DNA of 64,000 bases, taken from assembly GCF_009914755.1 (NCBI RefSeq), contig NC_060930.1; one strand, given 5' to 3'. This DNA comes from the human T2T-CHM13v2.0 reference genome, Homo sapiens. The position numbers were made by a program, and so were the translations under genes. The notes under the pieces are model-generated. The model saw only the letters and a program-made list of their open reading frames with translations. It was not told where the DNA came from and did no database searches. Position 1 is the stretch's first letter. The number at the start of each line of letters is the position of its first letter. Positions 1 through 12,501 of this stretch are shown in pieces.

Positions 1-1396
1 TTCCTTACTGCTTATAGTAAAATGCTAGAGGAGAGAAAGTGAAGAAGGAGAATTGTTAAGCAAAAAGGAACCAGAACTTGAAAATTTGAGAAATCCTCAG
101 CATATCCATATTGCAAAAAATGAGAAAGCATGTTCTAGACAGTACACCAAAAATGTGGTTGGAAAATTGCTTGATAAAAAGATTATAGGTGTAATTCAAG
201 AAGCCATGCAGTCATCTTAGTGGAAGCCAGGGATAGAGATGGGGTAATAGCAGCAGAAATACAGCCAGTTTGCACTGAAGGAGGCAGAGGTGGGGTAAAA
301 TGAAGGAAGGCTGCCTGAGTTCCAGCATTCTGCAGGATGGCAAAATGGAGCTATCTGGCTGTGGACATGTGATATGGTTTGGTGCTGTGTCCCCACCCAA
401 ATCTCACCTTGAATTGTAATAATCCCCACGTGTTGTGAAAGGAACCTGGTGGGAGGTAATTGAATCAGGAGGGTGGGTTTGTTCCTTGCTATTCTCATGA
501 TAGTGAATAAATCTCACGAGATCTGATGGTTTCTTACAGGGCAGTTCCCCTGCACGTGTTTTCTCTTGCCTGCTGCCAAGATGTGTCTTTTTCCTCATTC
601 GCCTTCCACTGTCATTGTGAGGCCTCCCCAGCCACGTGAAACTGTGAGTCCATTAAACCTCTTTCCTTTATAAATCACCCAGTCTCAGGTATGTCTTTAT
701 TAGCAGCATGAGAACAGACTAATACAACATGTATTATTCTTCAAGAAGAGGGAAACACGGCCCTAAAAGTGATTCTGAGATTCTCAGGGATGTTTCTCCC
801 ACCACAGGCCCAGAACACACAGGTCTGGGGGACAAGCCTGTCTTCCACCTCCTCAGGGTCAGTAGGCCAGGCTGCAACCACTCGGGGCCTCAGGATAACG
901 CTACTCCTCAGCACCACAGATGGGGCTGTCACCCAAACCTGTTGGGGATGCTGCTGCCACTGCAGTCCCAGAAGGTGGAACTTCCACCATGAGGGGCCCA
1001 TGGGGCAGAGCCTCAAGCCAAAGAGGATTATTCTTGAACCTTAAAATCTAATGAGCTTGCCTTGCTAGGTTTTGAACTTGTTTGGGACATGTCACCCATT
1101 TCTTTTTTCCAATTTTTCTTTTTTGTGGTGAGAATGTCTATCCTATGCCTGTGCCACCACTGTATTTGGAACACATAACATAGCTGGTTTCATATGTTAC
1201 CAGCGGGAAAGGAACTTTGCCTCAGGGTGAATCACACCTTATTGCCCACCCATACCTGATTTAGGTGATATTTAGATGAGACTTTGGGGTTAGAGTTGAT
1301 ACTAAAATGGGTTAAGACTTTTGGGGGGCTGTTGGGCTGGAGGTGTTTGTATTTGCATATGAGAAAGTCATACATTTGGGGGTTCAGAGGGCAGAG
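1..1396 (+). mobile_element. MaLR (MLT1-type) internal sequence, interrupted by a THE1 solo LTR at 370-726
   Basis: MaLR-int-like sequence (AGATGAGACTTTGG...TTAAGACTTTTGGGGGGCTGTTGG) ending in a purine tract (GGGGGTTCAGAGGGCAGAG) directly abutting the MLT1 LTR at 1397. Confidence 0.8.
370..726 (+). mobile_element. THE1 (MaLR) solo LTR, THE1C/D-like
   Basis: TGATATGGTTTGG...ACTAATACA termini, ATTAAA signal, perfect 5-bp TSD ACATG (365-369, 727-731). Confidence 0.93.
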
Positions 1397-1773
1397 TGCT
1401 ATGGACTGAGTTGGGTCACCCTAAATTTCATACATTGAAGCCATAATTCCTAATGTGACTGTATTTAGAGATAAGGCCTTTAAAGAGATACTTAAGTGAG
1501 ATCATAAGGGCTGCACCCTAATCCAATAAGACTGGTATCCTTATAAGAGGAGAAAGATACACCAAGGCATTGCATACACAGAGGAAAAGCCATAAGAGAC
1601 ACAGTGAGAAAGAGCCTCCGGCAAGCCAAGGAGAAGGGCGTTTGGAAAATCCAGACCTGCTGGCACATTAACATTGAACTTCTGGTTTTCAGAACTGTAA
1701 AAAAATTGATTTCTGGTGTTTAAGCTACCTAGCCTGTGATATTTTGTTATGGCAGCCATAGCAAACTAATATA
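1397..1773 (+). mobile_element. MLT1B-like MaLR LTR (3' LTR of the preceding internal sequence)
   Basis: TGCTATGGACTGA start; TTTTGTTATGGCAGCCATAGCAAACTAATA end typical of MLT1A/B. Confidence 0.85.
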
Positions 1774-2129
1774 GATGTCTCCAGCACTGCCTGAAAATCT
1801 TTCTACAAAAACATAATAGTTCATTTTCCCATTGCCTGCAGTATAGACTTCTAGTTTTGCTGTTGTCTTCCAGATCCCTATGCCAAAGGCATAAGGGTCC
1901 ATAACTCCCCACACCACCTACCCATTTTTCTGTCCATATAAACTTCCTTTCATATCTGGCCTAGAGACTTGCAATCCTTTACCTCAACCACTGTCTTGCC
2001 TTTGTCCTCAACCATCACAACCACCTCTCGTGAATCTCCAACCCCGGAATAATGCAGCATCCACGATTTCTAACCCCTCGCCAACATCATAATGATCTTA
2101 GTCAGTGGATACTGCTTGAAAAAATCTAA

Positions 2130-2735
2130 CTTGGTAGCTGGCCTTCCCACTTCCAGTCTCCCTCCCTCCAATCCATTCTTGACTTGCTACCTCCAAAGTG
2201 TGGCTTCTAGAAGACACCAGCCACATCATTCCCCTGTGTAAAATCCTTCAGGGACTTTGCAAGACCTAGCTACTCGCTTCACCTCTATAGTTCCATCTTT
2301 ACTCAGTTCCCTGATTACATTCTATGTTCTGTTCATTCCAAATGAATTCCAGTTCCCAGAACCATCTAAAACCCTCTTGTCTCTCTGTGTTTGCCTATTT
2401 CACTCCCTTAGCCTGGGCAGTCCCTCCTGTCTGTCCCTTCACACTTGCTCTTGTCTTCTGGCGGGCTCCACCAAGTGCCCTGTAGCTCAGCCCATGCCTC
2501 ACCCGGGGGAAGCATTTCACAGATTCCCTAGTCTGGGCTGGGTACCTTGAGTTCAGAATGCCTTGGCGCACAAGCATTCTCTGTGACCTCATCATGCTGC
2601 TTTGTAGCCATAGGTTTATCTGTCTCTTCCTTTAGGAAAGAGTATCTTATTTGTCTGTATTCCCAGTGCCAAGCAAAAGGCTTGGCATAGAGTAGGCACT
2701 GAATAAATGATTGCTAATTAATGGGTGAGTGAGTG
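2130..2735 (+). mobile_element. L2 LINE 3' fragment
   Basis: Ends GGCTTGGCATAGAGTAGGCACTGAATAAATG...TGAGTGAGTG, the L2 3' terminus. Confidence 0.65.
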
Positions 2736-3039
2736 GAACCATTGGAACACGTGACAATGGAGCCACAGTCATTCGGAAAGAAACTAGCAACCACAAGGTG
2801 CGCCGTCAGCCACACCCCATCACCTGAATAAGACGGGCAGAGACATGGCTTTGCCATTTACAGTGCATCACCCCCACGGTCCTGTTGAATGGGCTGCCAC
2901 AGCCGTCCACATAGAGTCTTCCACTCTAGGCTCTTTGTTTAATTACATATGCCTCCCAGCCTGGCAATCCTGATAACGTTTATTCCATTTTTCTCCTAAA
3001 ACACATCTATAATTCTGTCATGTATGGAATGCATGTATT

Positions 3040-3195
3040 TATTGTGGTTATTGTTTATTTTCTGGGTCCTCTTACCCAATAGTGAGTCTCATTCAAGGCA
3101 GGGTCTTTGTCTCATCCCCTGTTGTATCCCAAACACTTAGAACAGTGCCTGCCACACAGGGAGTTTTCAACACACATTTGTTGAGTAAGTGAATT
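3040..3195 (+). mobile_element. L2 3' end fragment
   Basis: AGGCAGGG...CTTAGAACAGTGCCTG...ATTTGTTGAGTAAGTGAAT. Confidence 0.7.
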
Positions 3196-3807
3196 TTCAG
3201 ACTTTTTTTTAAAAAGCCTGAGATTCATGGATGTGATTCACTTAAGGTTACCCATATGGTTTCGAGTGAAACTGTGCATGGAAGGTGTCAGAACTAAATC
3301 TATAGCTGATGGCAAAAAGTGTTTTCATCAACTAACCCACATTTTAGGTGACCAACTTTCTTGTGCAAATGTACAAATTAACACTTACTTTAAAAAAAAT
3401 CAAGAAGGTATGCGCACTCCTACAGCCTCCGTACTAGCTCTCTTTGTTCAGCTTTCATTCAGGTAGCTGGGTTCTTACGGCAAGAGATCAAATTTGACGA
3501 GATTCTCATGATCTCACTTAGAATTATGAGCAGCATAAGGAAGGAGCAGGTGCGAGAAAGAAAGGTGATGTTAATGTGTGCCTGGACATCTCAAGTAGCG
3601 CGGATGACTGAAACCCCTCTAAGTTCCTGAATTTTAAAAGCTTCCCCCACCATTATCACCATTAATCTGGGTTCCATGCACTTGACGTTTGAAGTGTGCA
3701 GTCCATGATACCTCAAAAACGAAATGGTTAACAGCAACACCCTGAGGTAGCTCCCTAACTTCTGCTTCCTGGTGAATGTTTAATGGTTTTGCACAGAAAT
3801 AACCATA

Positions 3808-3957
3808 ATATGTATCTACCTATTATTTATACATACATATATATGTATAAGCATATGCACACACACAGAGGCATACATACACACACACATACATGCATAT
3901 GCATATAGGCTTGCACAGGGGCATACACACACATGCATACATGCATGCGCATACATG
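3808..3957. repeat. Degenerate alternating purine-pyrimidine (CA/TA/TG) simple repeat
   Basis: ACATACATATATATG...CACACACA...CATACATGCATGCGCATACATG. Confidence 0.8.
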
Positions 3958-3999
3958 AATTTATGGTCTTGCTATTTCCAGCTTGATTTTGAAGCAAAG

Positions 4000-4357
4000 T
4001 GTTATCAGCCCACTTTCATTCTGCTGATAAAGATATGCCCATGACTGGATAATTTATAAAGACAGAGGTTTAATGGACTCACAGTTCCACATGGCTGGGA
4101 ACTGTGAGATTGTGAGAACATGGCTTTACAATCATAGCTGAAGGTGAAAGGCAAGAGAGAATGAGAGCCAAGTGAAGGGAAATCCCTCATAAAATCATCA
4201 GATCTCGTGAGACTTATTCACTACCAGGAGAACAGTATGGGAGAAATTACTCCCATGATTCAATTATCTCTTACTGGGTCCCTCCCATAACACATGGGAA
4301 TTTTGGGAACTATAATTCAAGGTGAGATTTGGGTGAGGACACAGCCAAACAATAACA
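4000..4357 (-). mobile_element. THE1B-like solo LTR with an internal templated insertion and a deletion
   Basis: Reverse THE1: GGTTTAATGGACTCACAGTTCC...GAGATTTGGGTGAGGACACAGCCAAACAATAACA. Confidence 0.9.
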
Positions 4358-4410
4358 CAAGAAGTATTTGATTTTTTTTCTCCCAAAAGAGGCTTGAAAG
4401 TTTCTTCCAG

Positions 4411-4783
<373 letters not shown>

Positions 4784-4835
4784 TCAGCATACAAGAAGCT
4801 GCAGCGTTGCGTAGGCATCTGTCAACCACTAACAC

Positions 4836-5301
4836 TGGGCAGCAGGTTGAAGAGTCGTCCCCCCAAAGATACCTCCACCTGGAACCTCAGAATGTGGCCT
4901 TTTTTGGAATAAGGGTCTTTGTAGATATTTTTGCAGATTAAGGCAAGGATCTTGAGATAGGATCATCCTAGATTAAGGGTGGGCCCTAAATCCGCTGACA
5001 GGTGACTAATAAGAGGCAGAAAAGGAGACGCAGAGACAGGCACAGGGGATCAGGCCATGTGAGGATGGAAGCAGTGATGGGAGTGATGCAGCCACAAGCC
5101 CCAATGCCAAGGCTTGCCAGCAACACCAGAAACTGTGAAGGGTAGGTAGAATCCTCCCCTGGAGACTTTGGAGGGAGTGTGATCCTGTCCATACCTTGGT
5201 TTTTGACCTTTGGTCTCCAGAATACTGAGAAAATCAATTAGTCTTGTTTTATGACACGAAAATTATGGCGATTTGTGCGGCATCCCTATGAAACAAACAC
5301 A
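4836..5301 (+). mobile_element. MLT1C-like MaLR LTR
   Basis: GGAACCTCAGAATGTGGCCTTTTTTGGAATAAGGGTCTTTG...GGCCATGTGAGGATGGAAGCAG...GAAACAAACACA. Confidence 0.8.
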
Positions 5302-5801
5302 ACAGATGACCAGAATTTGCCATACGTTTCGAGGGGAAGTCGACCTTCCATAAAATAAATCCTCTACTAATAACTCAACACTTAAAGTGTGAAACATCAC
5401 TGGATCTGAGATCACAGAGGTACAAAAAGTAGGCCCTCAGAAAGGGGCAGGAACATAATCCAGTACACGACTCAGTGATCAACATGAATTGTGTTTCTAG
5501 TGGAGTGAGAAGTGTTGATGGGGATGAATTATGACTAAAAAGGGGGAGAAGGATCAAGGTTATCCGGGAGAAGTAAATGGATTTAAATTGTTAAATTCAG
5601 GAGCACAGTAGAGGTTAACTGTCTTTAAGAGAGGGAAAATGGACACCACAGTGGAATGCTTCGTTTCCTTTTAAGCACGAAAGTAAAGAAGCTGCCCCCA
5701 AGTAAAAGTGCAGCTCTCCCTCCCGTGCTGCGTAAACTCCTCTCCCATTTCTCCTGGCAACAAGACCCCTACTTCCTTACAGTAACATTATAAAGATAAC
5801 A

Positions 5802-5929
5802 GGGTCGGACACACATGTATCTAATTTTGCTCCACCTTGTCTCTTCAGGAAAGCCCAGGAAGGATTTTGGAGGTTTGTGCCACAAAGAATGATATTATGA
5901 AGGGGAAGACATGCCTTGTATGTAGAAGG
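5802..5929 (+). repeat. Local duplication pair 1, copy A (partner 7755-7881)
   Basis: Shared core CTTCAGGAAAGCCCAGGAAGGATTTTGGAGGTTTGTGCC...ATGAAGGGGAAGACATGCCTTGTA. Confidence 0.92.
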
Positions 5930-6261
5930 TTTGAAATGAGCCCCAGCTGTCTTGAGAGTCCTTCCAGGGCCGGGGCACCCACTGTGTCTGTTGCGGAATC
6001 GCTGCTGAGTTATAAGCTAGGTGATTGTGTGTCCCCTTCTTGTTTCCATTTATTTGGACACAACTTCTTGGAAGGAGAAATCCAAAGTCTGCAGTTTTCA
6101 AAGGGAGCAGTGGCTGAGATGCTCCTGCTACCTACATCAGGGCTCATGTTGCTGGATGCAGCAACACTTCAGCTGCTCTGCTCTCCTTGCCGTGGAGAGG
6201 TGTTCAATCACCACAATCACTGTTCTGCTCTGATAAGGAGCTGGGGAAGGGAGTGAGTACC

Positions 6262-6710
6262 TGTGATGATTAATACTGAGTGTCAACTTGATTGGATTGA
6301 AGGATGCAAAGTATTGTTCCTGGGTGTGTCTGTGAGGGTGTTGCTAAGGGAGAATAACATTTGAGTCAGTGGACTGGGAGAGGCAGACTCACTCTCTATC
6401 TGGGTGGGCACCATCTAATCAGCTTCCAGCAAGGCCAGAATAAAAACAGGCAGAAGAACGTGGAAAGACTAGACTGGCTTAGTGTTCTGGCCTCCATCTT
6501 TCTCCCATGCGATACTTCCTGCCCCTGAACATAGGACCCCAAGTCTTTAGCTTTGGGACTCGGACTGGCTTCCTTGCTCCTCAGCTTGCAGATGACCTAT
6601 TGTGGGACCTCACCTTGTGATCGTGTGAGTCAATACTCCTTAATAAACTCCCCTTTATATATACATCTATCCTATTAGTTCTGTTCCTCTAGAGAATGCT
6701 GACTAATACA
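6262..6710 (+). mobile_element. MLT2A1-like ERVL solo LTR
   Basis: TGTGATG..TAATACTGAGTGTCAACTTGATTGGATTGAAGG...GACTAATACA; perfect TSD GTACC (6257-6261, 6711-6715). Confidence 0.93.
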
Positions 6711-6999
6711 GTACCCACTGCGAGGCCTTTGTAGGCGGTTCATAAATATGTACAATAAAGGCCATACTCTTCTTATGCAGTCACCCTTAATGAATCATTT
6801 TGTCTTCTTCCTACAGTCTGGATAGACAGCAATGAACTATGCCATGCTGTCTACTAATGTTGGACCTGATGGGCACCATCTGACTCAAGATGTTTGTTGA
6901 CGTTCAGTGTGGGCAAAGCTAGTGAGCAGCCGCCCCTTAGAGCTCCGTCTAGGGCTGTGTTGTGAGTTGGTGTGCGAGACCTTTCAGACCCACAAGGCG

Positions 7000-7205
7000 G
7001 CGTGGGAAGAAGAGCATGGGCTGTGCGGTCAGCCCACCATGCATTCTAATTTTGCCTCTGCCATGGGCTAAGACAGAATCTTAGAAAACAGAAGTGCTGT
7101 GTCTCGGTCTCCTTATCGCTGAAGTTAGAATGATTCTTAGTGCATATTGCTTTTCTGAAAATCTAATAATGACTATCAAGGACTTAGTGGGCACTCAAAA
7201 TAAAA
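7000..7205 (+). mobile_element. MIR SINE (degenerate)
   Basis: AAGAGCATGGGCTGTGCGGTCAG...TGTGTCTCGGTCTCCTTATC...GCACTCAAAATAAA. Confidence 0.6.
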
Positions 7206-7754
7206 AATACCCTAAGAGCAAGGGAGAATGAACACAAGCTGTTGTCAGCCTGGAGGGAATCTACCAAATTCCCTATTTTTAAATGACGATTTATCTGATG
7301 GCTCCTATATTTATCTTGAAATTGCGTGTGCATTTCGCAGTCTGCAGCATGATTCCTCCTCGAGGACAGGACTTCTCCTGCAGCCGCCCCAGTGTCTGCT
7401 TTCTCTCCACACCTCTCACCCTATGTCTAGGGCAGAGGAAGATATCCAGCTTCATCCTCTTCTCAAACTCCAGCTTACATTCCCTCCTACTCTGGTGGAT
7501 CCACAGTGTCCTACCCATCCCTGGCATAGTTAGCTACAGAGCCCAAATCACCTGCCATCCTTCCAGGGAGATGGCCACTTCTAACTCATGGCTGCTTTTC
7601 CAGCACAACACCTGCCCTTATAATGGGATTTCCTCTGATTTTCTCCAGATATCCAATCAGCTGTACATTGTTTCTCCCGATTGCCACAGCGATATAGCTG
7701 AGGGTTCTGTTCCCAGTCCCCATCTTACGTGGTACCTTCAGTCCAAGAAAAGGT

Positions 7755-7881
7755 GGGTTAGAAACACGTGTATCTAATTTGCTCTACCTTGTCACTTCAG
7801 GAAAGCCCAGGAAGGATTTTGGAGGTTTGTGCCGCAAAGAATGTCATCATGAAGGGGAAGACATGCCTTGTAGGTAAAAGG
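7755..7881 (+). repeat. Local duplication pair 1, copy B (partner 5802-5929)
   Basis: Direct copy about 1.95 kb downstream of copy A. Confidence 0.92.
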
Positions 7882-8194
7882 CCTTACTCCACCTAGGTTC
7901 CGGGGCACTACTCTCTGGATTCTCTTCTTGCCCCTGACTCTATCTTCAACCTCTCAGTGTTGGAGGGCCCCATATCTCCAGCTTCTGATCTCTCTTGGAT
8001 CTGTACTTACTCCTTCAGTGATGTCATTCAGCCCAAAGGCTTTGAGACAATAAATACTAGGTATTTACATTCTGATGACACTCAGACTCATTTCTCTTAC
8101 CTGAAGTTCTTTTCTGAAATTCAGACTCTTGTATCTCATTCGGAACCCAACATATCCACTTGAAGCTTTAATAAGCATCTTAAACTAAATATGT

Positions 8195-8564
8195 TGTATC
8201 ATTTTATTTTCACACTGCTATAAAGAACGGCCCGAGCCTGGGTTAATAATAAAGGAATAAGGTTTAATTGACTCAGAGTTCAGCATGGCTGAGGAGGCCT
8301 CAGGAAACATACAATCTTGGTTGAAGGAGAAGCAAGGCACCTCTTCACAAGGTGGCAGGAAGGAGGATGAACGCAGAAGGAACTACCAAACACTTATAAA
8401 ACCATGAGATCCAGTGAGAACTCACTCACTATCATGAGAACAGCATGGGGGAAGCCACCCTCATGATTCAATTACTTCCAGCTGGTCTCTCCCTTGACAC
8501 GTGGGGATTATGGTGATTACAGTTCAAGATAAGATTTTGGTGGGGACACAGCCAAATCATATCA
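8195..8564 (-). mobile_element. THE1D-like solo LTR
   Basis: Reverse MaLR LTR: GGTTTAATTGACTCA...GGCCTCAGGAAAC...GGGGACACAGCCAAATCATATCA; near-TSD TATGT/TATAT. Confidence 0.9.
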
Positions 8565-8711
8565 TATATCAATTCCTGATTCTGCTTCTGTTCTTTTGCC
8601 CTCCCTGCAAGCCCCTGGACATCTCCATTTCTGTTAATTGGCAAGTCTATCTTCACATTGGCCAAGGCCAAATCCTTAGAGTGACCTTTAATGCCTCCAT
8701 TTTCCCACACC

Positions 8712-8822
8712 TAGGATGACCAGCTCCTTCTAGTTTGCCCAGGACTTCCTCAGTGTCACACTGAAACTCCTATGTCCCAGGAAACTCTTCAGTTGTAGGT
8801 CAATCAGATGGTTGGTCAACAG
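8712..8822. mobile_element. MER81-like hAT MITE
   Basis: About 110 bp with terminal inverted repeats TAGGATGACCAG / GGTTGGTCAAC. Confidence 0.7.
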
Positions 8823-10659
8823 ACTCAATTTCAACAAGAAAAGCTCTTCAGTTTGGCTTTCAAAAATATTCAAGAGTCCAGATATTTTTCACAACTTCTA
8901 CTGATGCCATCATTATCTGAACTACTGTCATCTTATTGCCAAAGTGTCCTATTTTTCAAACTTTCCTTCTTCCTCTCTTTTCACCTACAGTCTATTCTGA
9001 GCAACCAGTCACACTGCACTTCTTAATGCTGCCCGAATACTCCAGGCAGGCTCCAGCTCAGAGCCTTGGCGCTTGCTGTGCCCTCTACTTGGAACATTCT
9101 TCCTGCAGTTCCTGGCATGGTTTGCTCTCTCCCTTCCCAGCTATAATTAAATAGCAATTTATGAGAGAGACCTTCTCTGATCAAGCTGTAGAATATAGCA
9201 AAAGTTCCCTGGACGCTGCCTAAGACTCCATCCTGCTCCATTGTGTTATATGGCACACACTGTCTGGAGTCCTATACATTTTCTTACTTGTTTGTGGTCC
9301 ATTCTCCTCCACTGCTCTCCCCCTGTGAATGACATTTCATATAAGCAGGGTCTTTGCTGACTTAGCCCAGTGCTGTATCCCCAGTGCTTAGAACAGGGCC
9401 TGGAACATAGTGTTGAGTGAATATATATGTTTGTCTCTCTACAATGCTGTTTGGAGTTTCCATCAGGTTAAGTGAATGTTCTGGGCACCTTACCTGTCCT
9501 CTGGCTTCCTCACACCTTGGCTCCTGTCTGTGCTTCCAGCAGAGTGAGTTTGAAAAGCAAGTCTTTATGTGGATGTAAACAGAAGCTTACATGAGAGGAG
9601 CAGAAAAGGATGCTCTGCCTGAAGTTTCCCCTTGATGTGGATCCTATGTAAGACCCTGGAAAGGGAAGGAGGCCCTTACCTTAACCCCTGGGTTCGAGTC
9701 TGGAGGTTAAGGCTTGGACTGTTCTGTGCCTCTCTCGTTTCTTATCCTCTGCTGGAAACTCTTTCTAATTGTGTGTTTCAACGTTTGTCTCTTCCCTGCA
9801 GAAGACAAATCTGCAGGATAAATTCTCTTTCTTATTTACCCCGGGAGTTATCGTGGGGCCCACAAATAGTGCTTGTTGCAAAAAATGCTATGAAATAATA
9901 TTTTGGAAGAGGAAAGCACAACGAAAGAGCAGCAGAACTTAGCAGAAAATGGCCGAGGGAAGGAAGGGGGCACGGTTGCCTTGTCTGGTGTCACAGCTGG
10001 CATGTGGAGCCTGGCAGTGTTGGGAAGGCAAGGGGAGCCGCAGTTGCCTGGGTTTGCCTGTTAGAGCTTAATTGACTGCGTCTCCTGCCTGCGGGCTTTA
10101 GCAAAGGAATGTTTTCAGCCCAATTAGCCTCCAGTTTCCTTGGATTTGGTTTTTTGATATTCAGCCTCATCATCTGTGGTAGGGATGATGCATAATTAGT
10201 GAAGCAGTGGTGAATCACTCTCCACAGAGGTGGATCTCTGCCTCCTACGGAGGGTTCTAAGAATAGTTGCTGCAGACATGTTGTTCTCAAAGAACAAAAA
10301 CTAAACACTTTGTCTATAAAGATTCCTCTTGGTGCCTAACAAGAAAGCATGATGAGAATCAGAAAATAGTTCTCCAGCATTTGACCTATGCACTGGAGAT
10401 CCTGGGGAGACTGAAGAGGCCATTCCCACAGTCTCACAATGCATATTTTTTTATAAGAAAAGAGCATTGTAGTTTGTTGTAGATTTTGTAGGCAAAAAAG
10501 TTATACTCTTTTACTTTTTGTACAACTTTCAAAAGATTTTTGTAAAAGATAAGTGAGTCAAAAGCATGCTGCTACTGCTTTCCTATCAGCTACTCACCTA
10601 ATTAGAGACAAGTACTCCATTTTTCTAACATATTTAACTCTTCAAACATTTATCATTTT

Positions 10660-10790
10660 TCAGTCAGTTAGTAAGTCCTTCACCAAATGTTTAACTGAGA
10701 ATTGCCGTGTACCAGATGCTATGGGAGACACAGAGTTGTGTAAAAACTTCCCGGAGTTGTCCTCTGTGAACTGCAAGCTAGTAAGAAAAG
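10660..10790 (-). mobile_element. L2 3' end fragment
   Basis: TTCACCAAATGTTTAACTGAG...GTGTACCAGATGCTATGGGAGACACAGAG. Confidence 0.55.
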
Positions 10791-10813
10791 AAGAAGTTAA
10801 TGCAACTAACTCC

Positions 10814-10854
10814 AAAAAAAAAAAAAAAAAAAAAAGAAAGAAAGAAAGAAAAAA
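10814..10854. repeat. Poly(A)/(AAAG)n simple repeat
   Basis: A-run of about 22 followed by GAAA units. Confidence 0.9.
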
Positions 10855-11074
10855 GGGCAGAAAATTGAGCAATCAAAACATTTACTCCAATTCCTGGGAA
10901 TGTGATTTTTTGCTGAGCCTTTACCCTAACAATGTAGTGCAATGAGAAAACATCTGAGGAGAAGGTATGGAGTTTTAAAAATATACCTAAAAGACTTTAA
11001 AATGTTAGAAAATTGTGACATTTTCTACTCATGTGGACATGTACATCTATGCTTATTTTTCTGAATCCTGTGTG

Positions 11075-11320
11075 TTTATTTACTAACTCAACAAGCATTG
11101 AGTATGTAATATGTGTCAAGCTCTATGCAACATTCTGGCAAAAGTACATCTGTGCATTCATGATGTCTCTGTGCAGTGGAGGGTGATAGCACGTGTGTCG
11201 TTGAATGAGTTAATATGAGAGGTTATTGAAAAGAGGTGGGTTAAGGTGCTGTGTGAGGAGAAATGAAACCTTGGGAGAATGTTTCCAGAAAAAGGAAGGC
11301 TTGAGCTGGGTCTAAAATAA
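11075..11320 (-). mobile_element. L2 fragment
   Basis: CTCAACAAGCATTGAGTATGTAATATGTGTCAAG...GCTTGAGCTGGGTCT. Confidence 0.55.
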
Positions 11321-11464
11321 TAGTAATAAAGATACTATCTAATACTTAATGAATAATATCATTGAATTGATATATTAATTGATATTATCAATAATGTCAT
11401 TGATAATGATAAAGATACTATCTAATACTTCATTATTAGATAATATCTAATAATAAATGATTTC

Positions 11465-11645
11465 TAAGTGCTTTTCCTTCACTATAGTGCTTAACCACAA
11501 CACGTCTTTTCAGTGAGTATGGATATCCACAATTTACAAGGGGCTAAGGCAGAAAGACTAAGCAATGTGTTCAGCTTGTAACTGATGACACTGGTATTTA
11601 AAACCGGGTCTGATAGATTCCAAATGCTGCTCTCTTAACAGTGCC
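11465..11645 (-). mobile_element. MIR SINE
   Basis: ATCCACAATTTACAAG..GCTAAGGCAGA...GGTATTTAAAACCGGGTCTG...GCTCTCTTAAC. Confidence 0.6.
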
Positions 11646-12501
11646 AATCCTCTCCCAAAGAGAGGAATTTAGCCCCTGTCATGGGAGAGTATCAGTTTGA
11701 GCCCCAGACATCGGCAGGGACACATACATGCCTGGTGGCAGGTGGGCCCAGGCTACAGAATGAAGACCCTGGCTGTGCCATGAGGCTGGGGTCCAAGGAA
11801 CATATACGAAGGGTATGGATGACGTGATACTGAGGTGCGGCTCCATCAACCTGGAAGCTGCTGAAAATTTTAGGCAGTGTACAGGTTGCCGGACTTCAGT
11901 AACTTTGAATTACTTGTTTTAACAGCAATGTGTAAGTGTTTCTGACAGTAGGAGCCTGCAGGAAGGGGTGGAGCGGATGTGCCTTCCCCAGGCCATCCTT
12001 CCCTGTAATTCATTCTCTCAACTTGCTGTGGTCCCAGTTGGAGTGCAGAGGCTCTCAGGAAGCAAACCCAATTTTCCAACAAGCCCATTGATCTATGCAA
12101 TAATGAGTGTACGTTTTTCATTTTTACTCCATTAAACTTTTATAACAAAGTGTTTCATTTGTCTTTGTCACTGACAGATATGATCCACTTTCACATTTTA
12201 GATTTCTTCATCAGATGTTAAGGGTACCCTGCATTGCTTTATTTAGCATACCAAAATGTGCTGTTTCAAGGAATGTCAGCCTGGGGATTAACTCAGGGAG
12301 GCCCCTGCCATCATAGAAAGAGCTCAGGACCACAGGACCCCCTTTTAGATCCAGATCCACAGTGAGCAGCTGTGCAGATGAAGGCAACACTTCATCTCCC
12401 TTATATTGCTCACAAGTATAAAAAAGTCTGACAGCACTTTTCTCAATATTTGAGGATTCAAGGAGATGATAATGAGATAGGGTATATTAACTAAATCAGT
12501 T

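Larger units (their letters stand above)
7885..9425 (+). mobile_element. L2 LINE fragments, interrupted by THE1 and MER81
   Basis: CATATCCACTTG...GCATCTTAAACTAAATATG; 3' end GTATCCCCAGTGCTTAGAACAGGGCCTGGAACATAG. Confidence 0.7.

Noticed and set aside
6925-6946. Possible CTCF site (GCAGCCGCCCCTTAGAGC)
   Set aside because: Several mismatches to the core motif; not supportable without PWM scoring or ChIP data.
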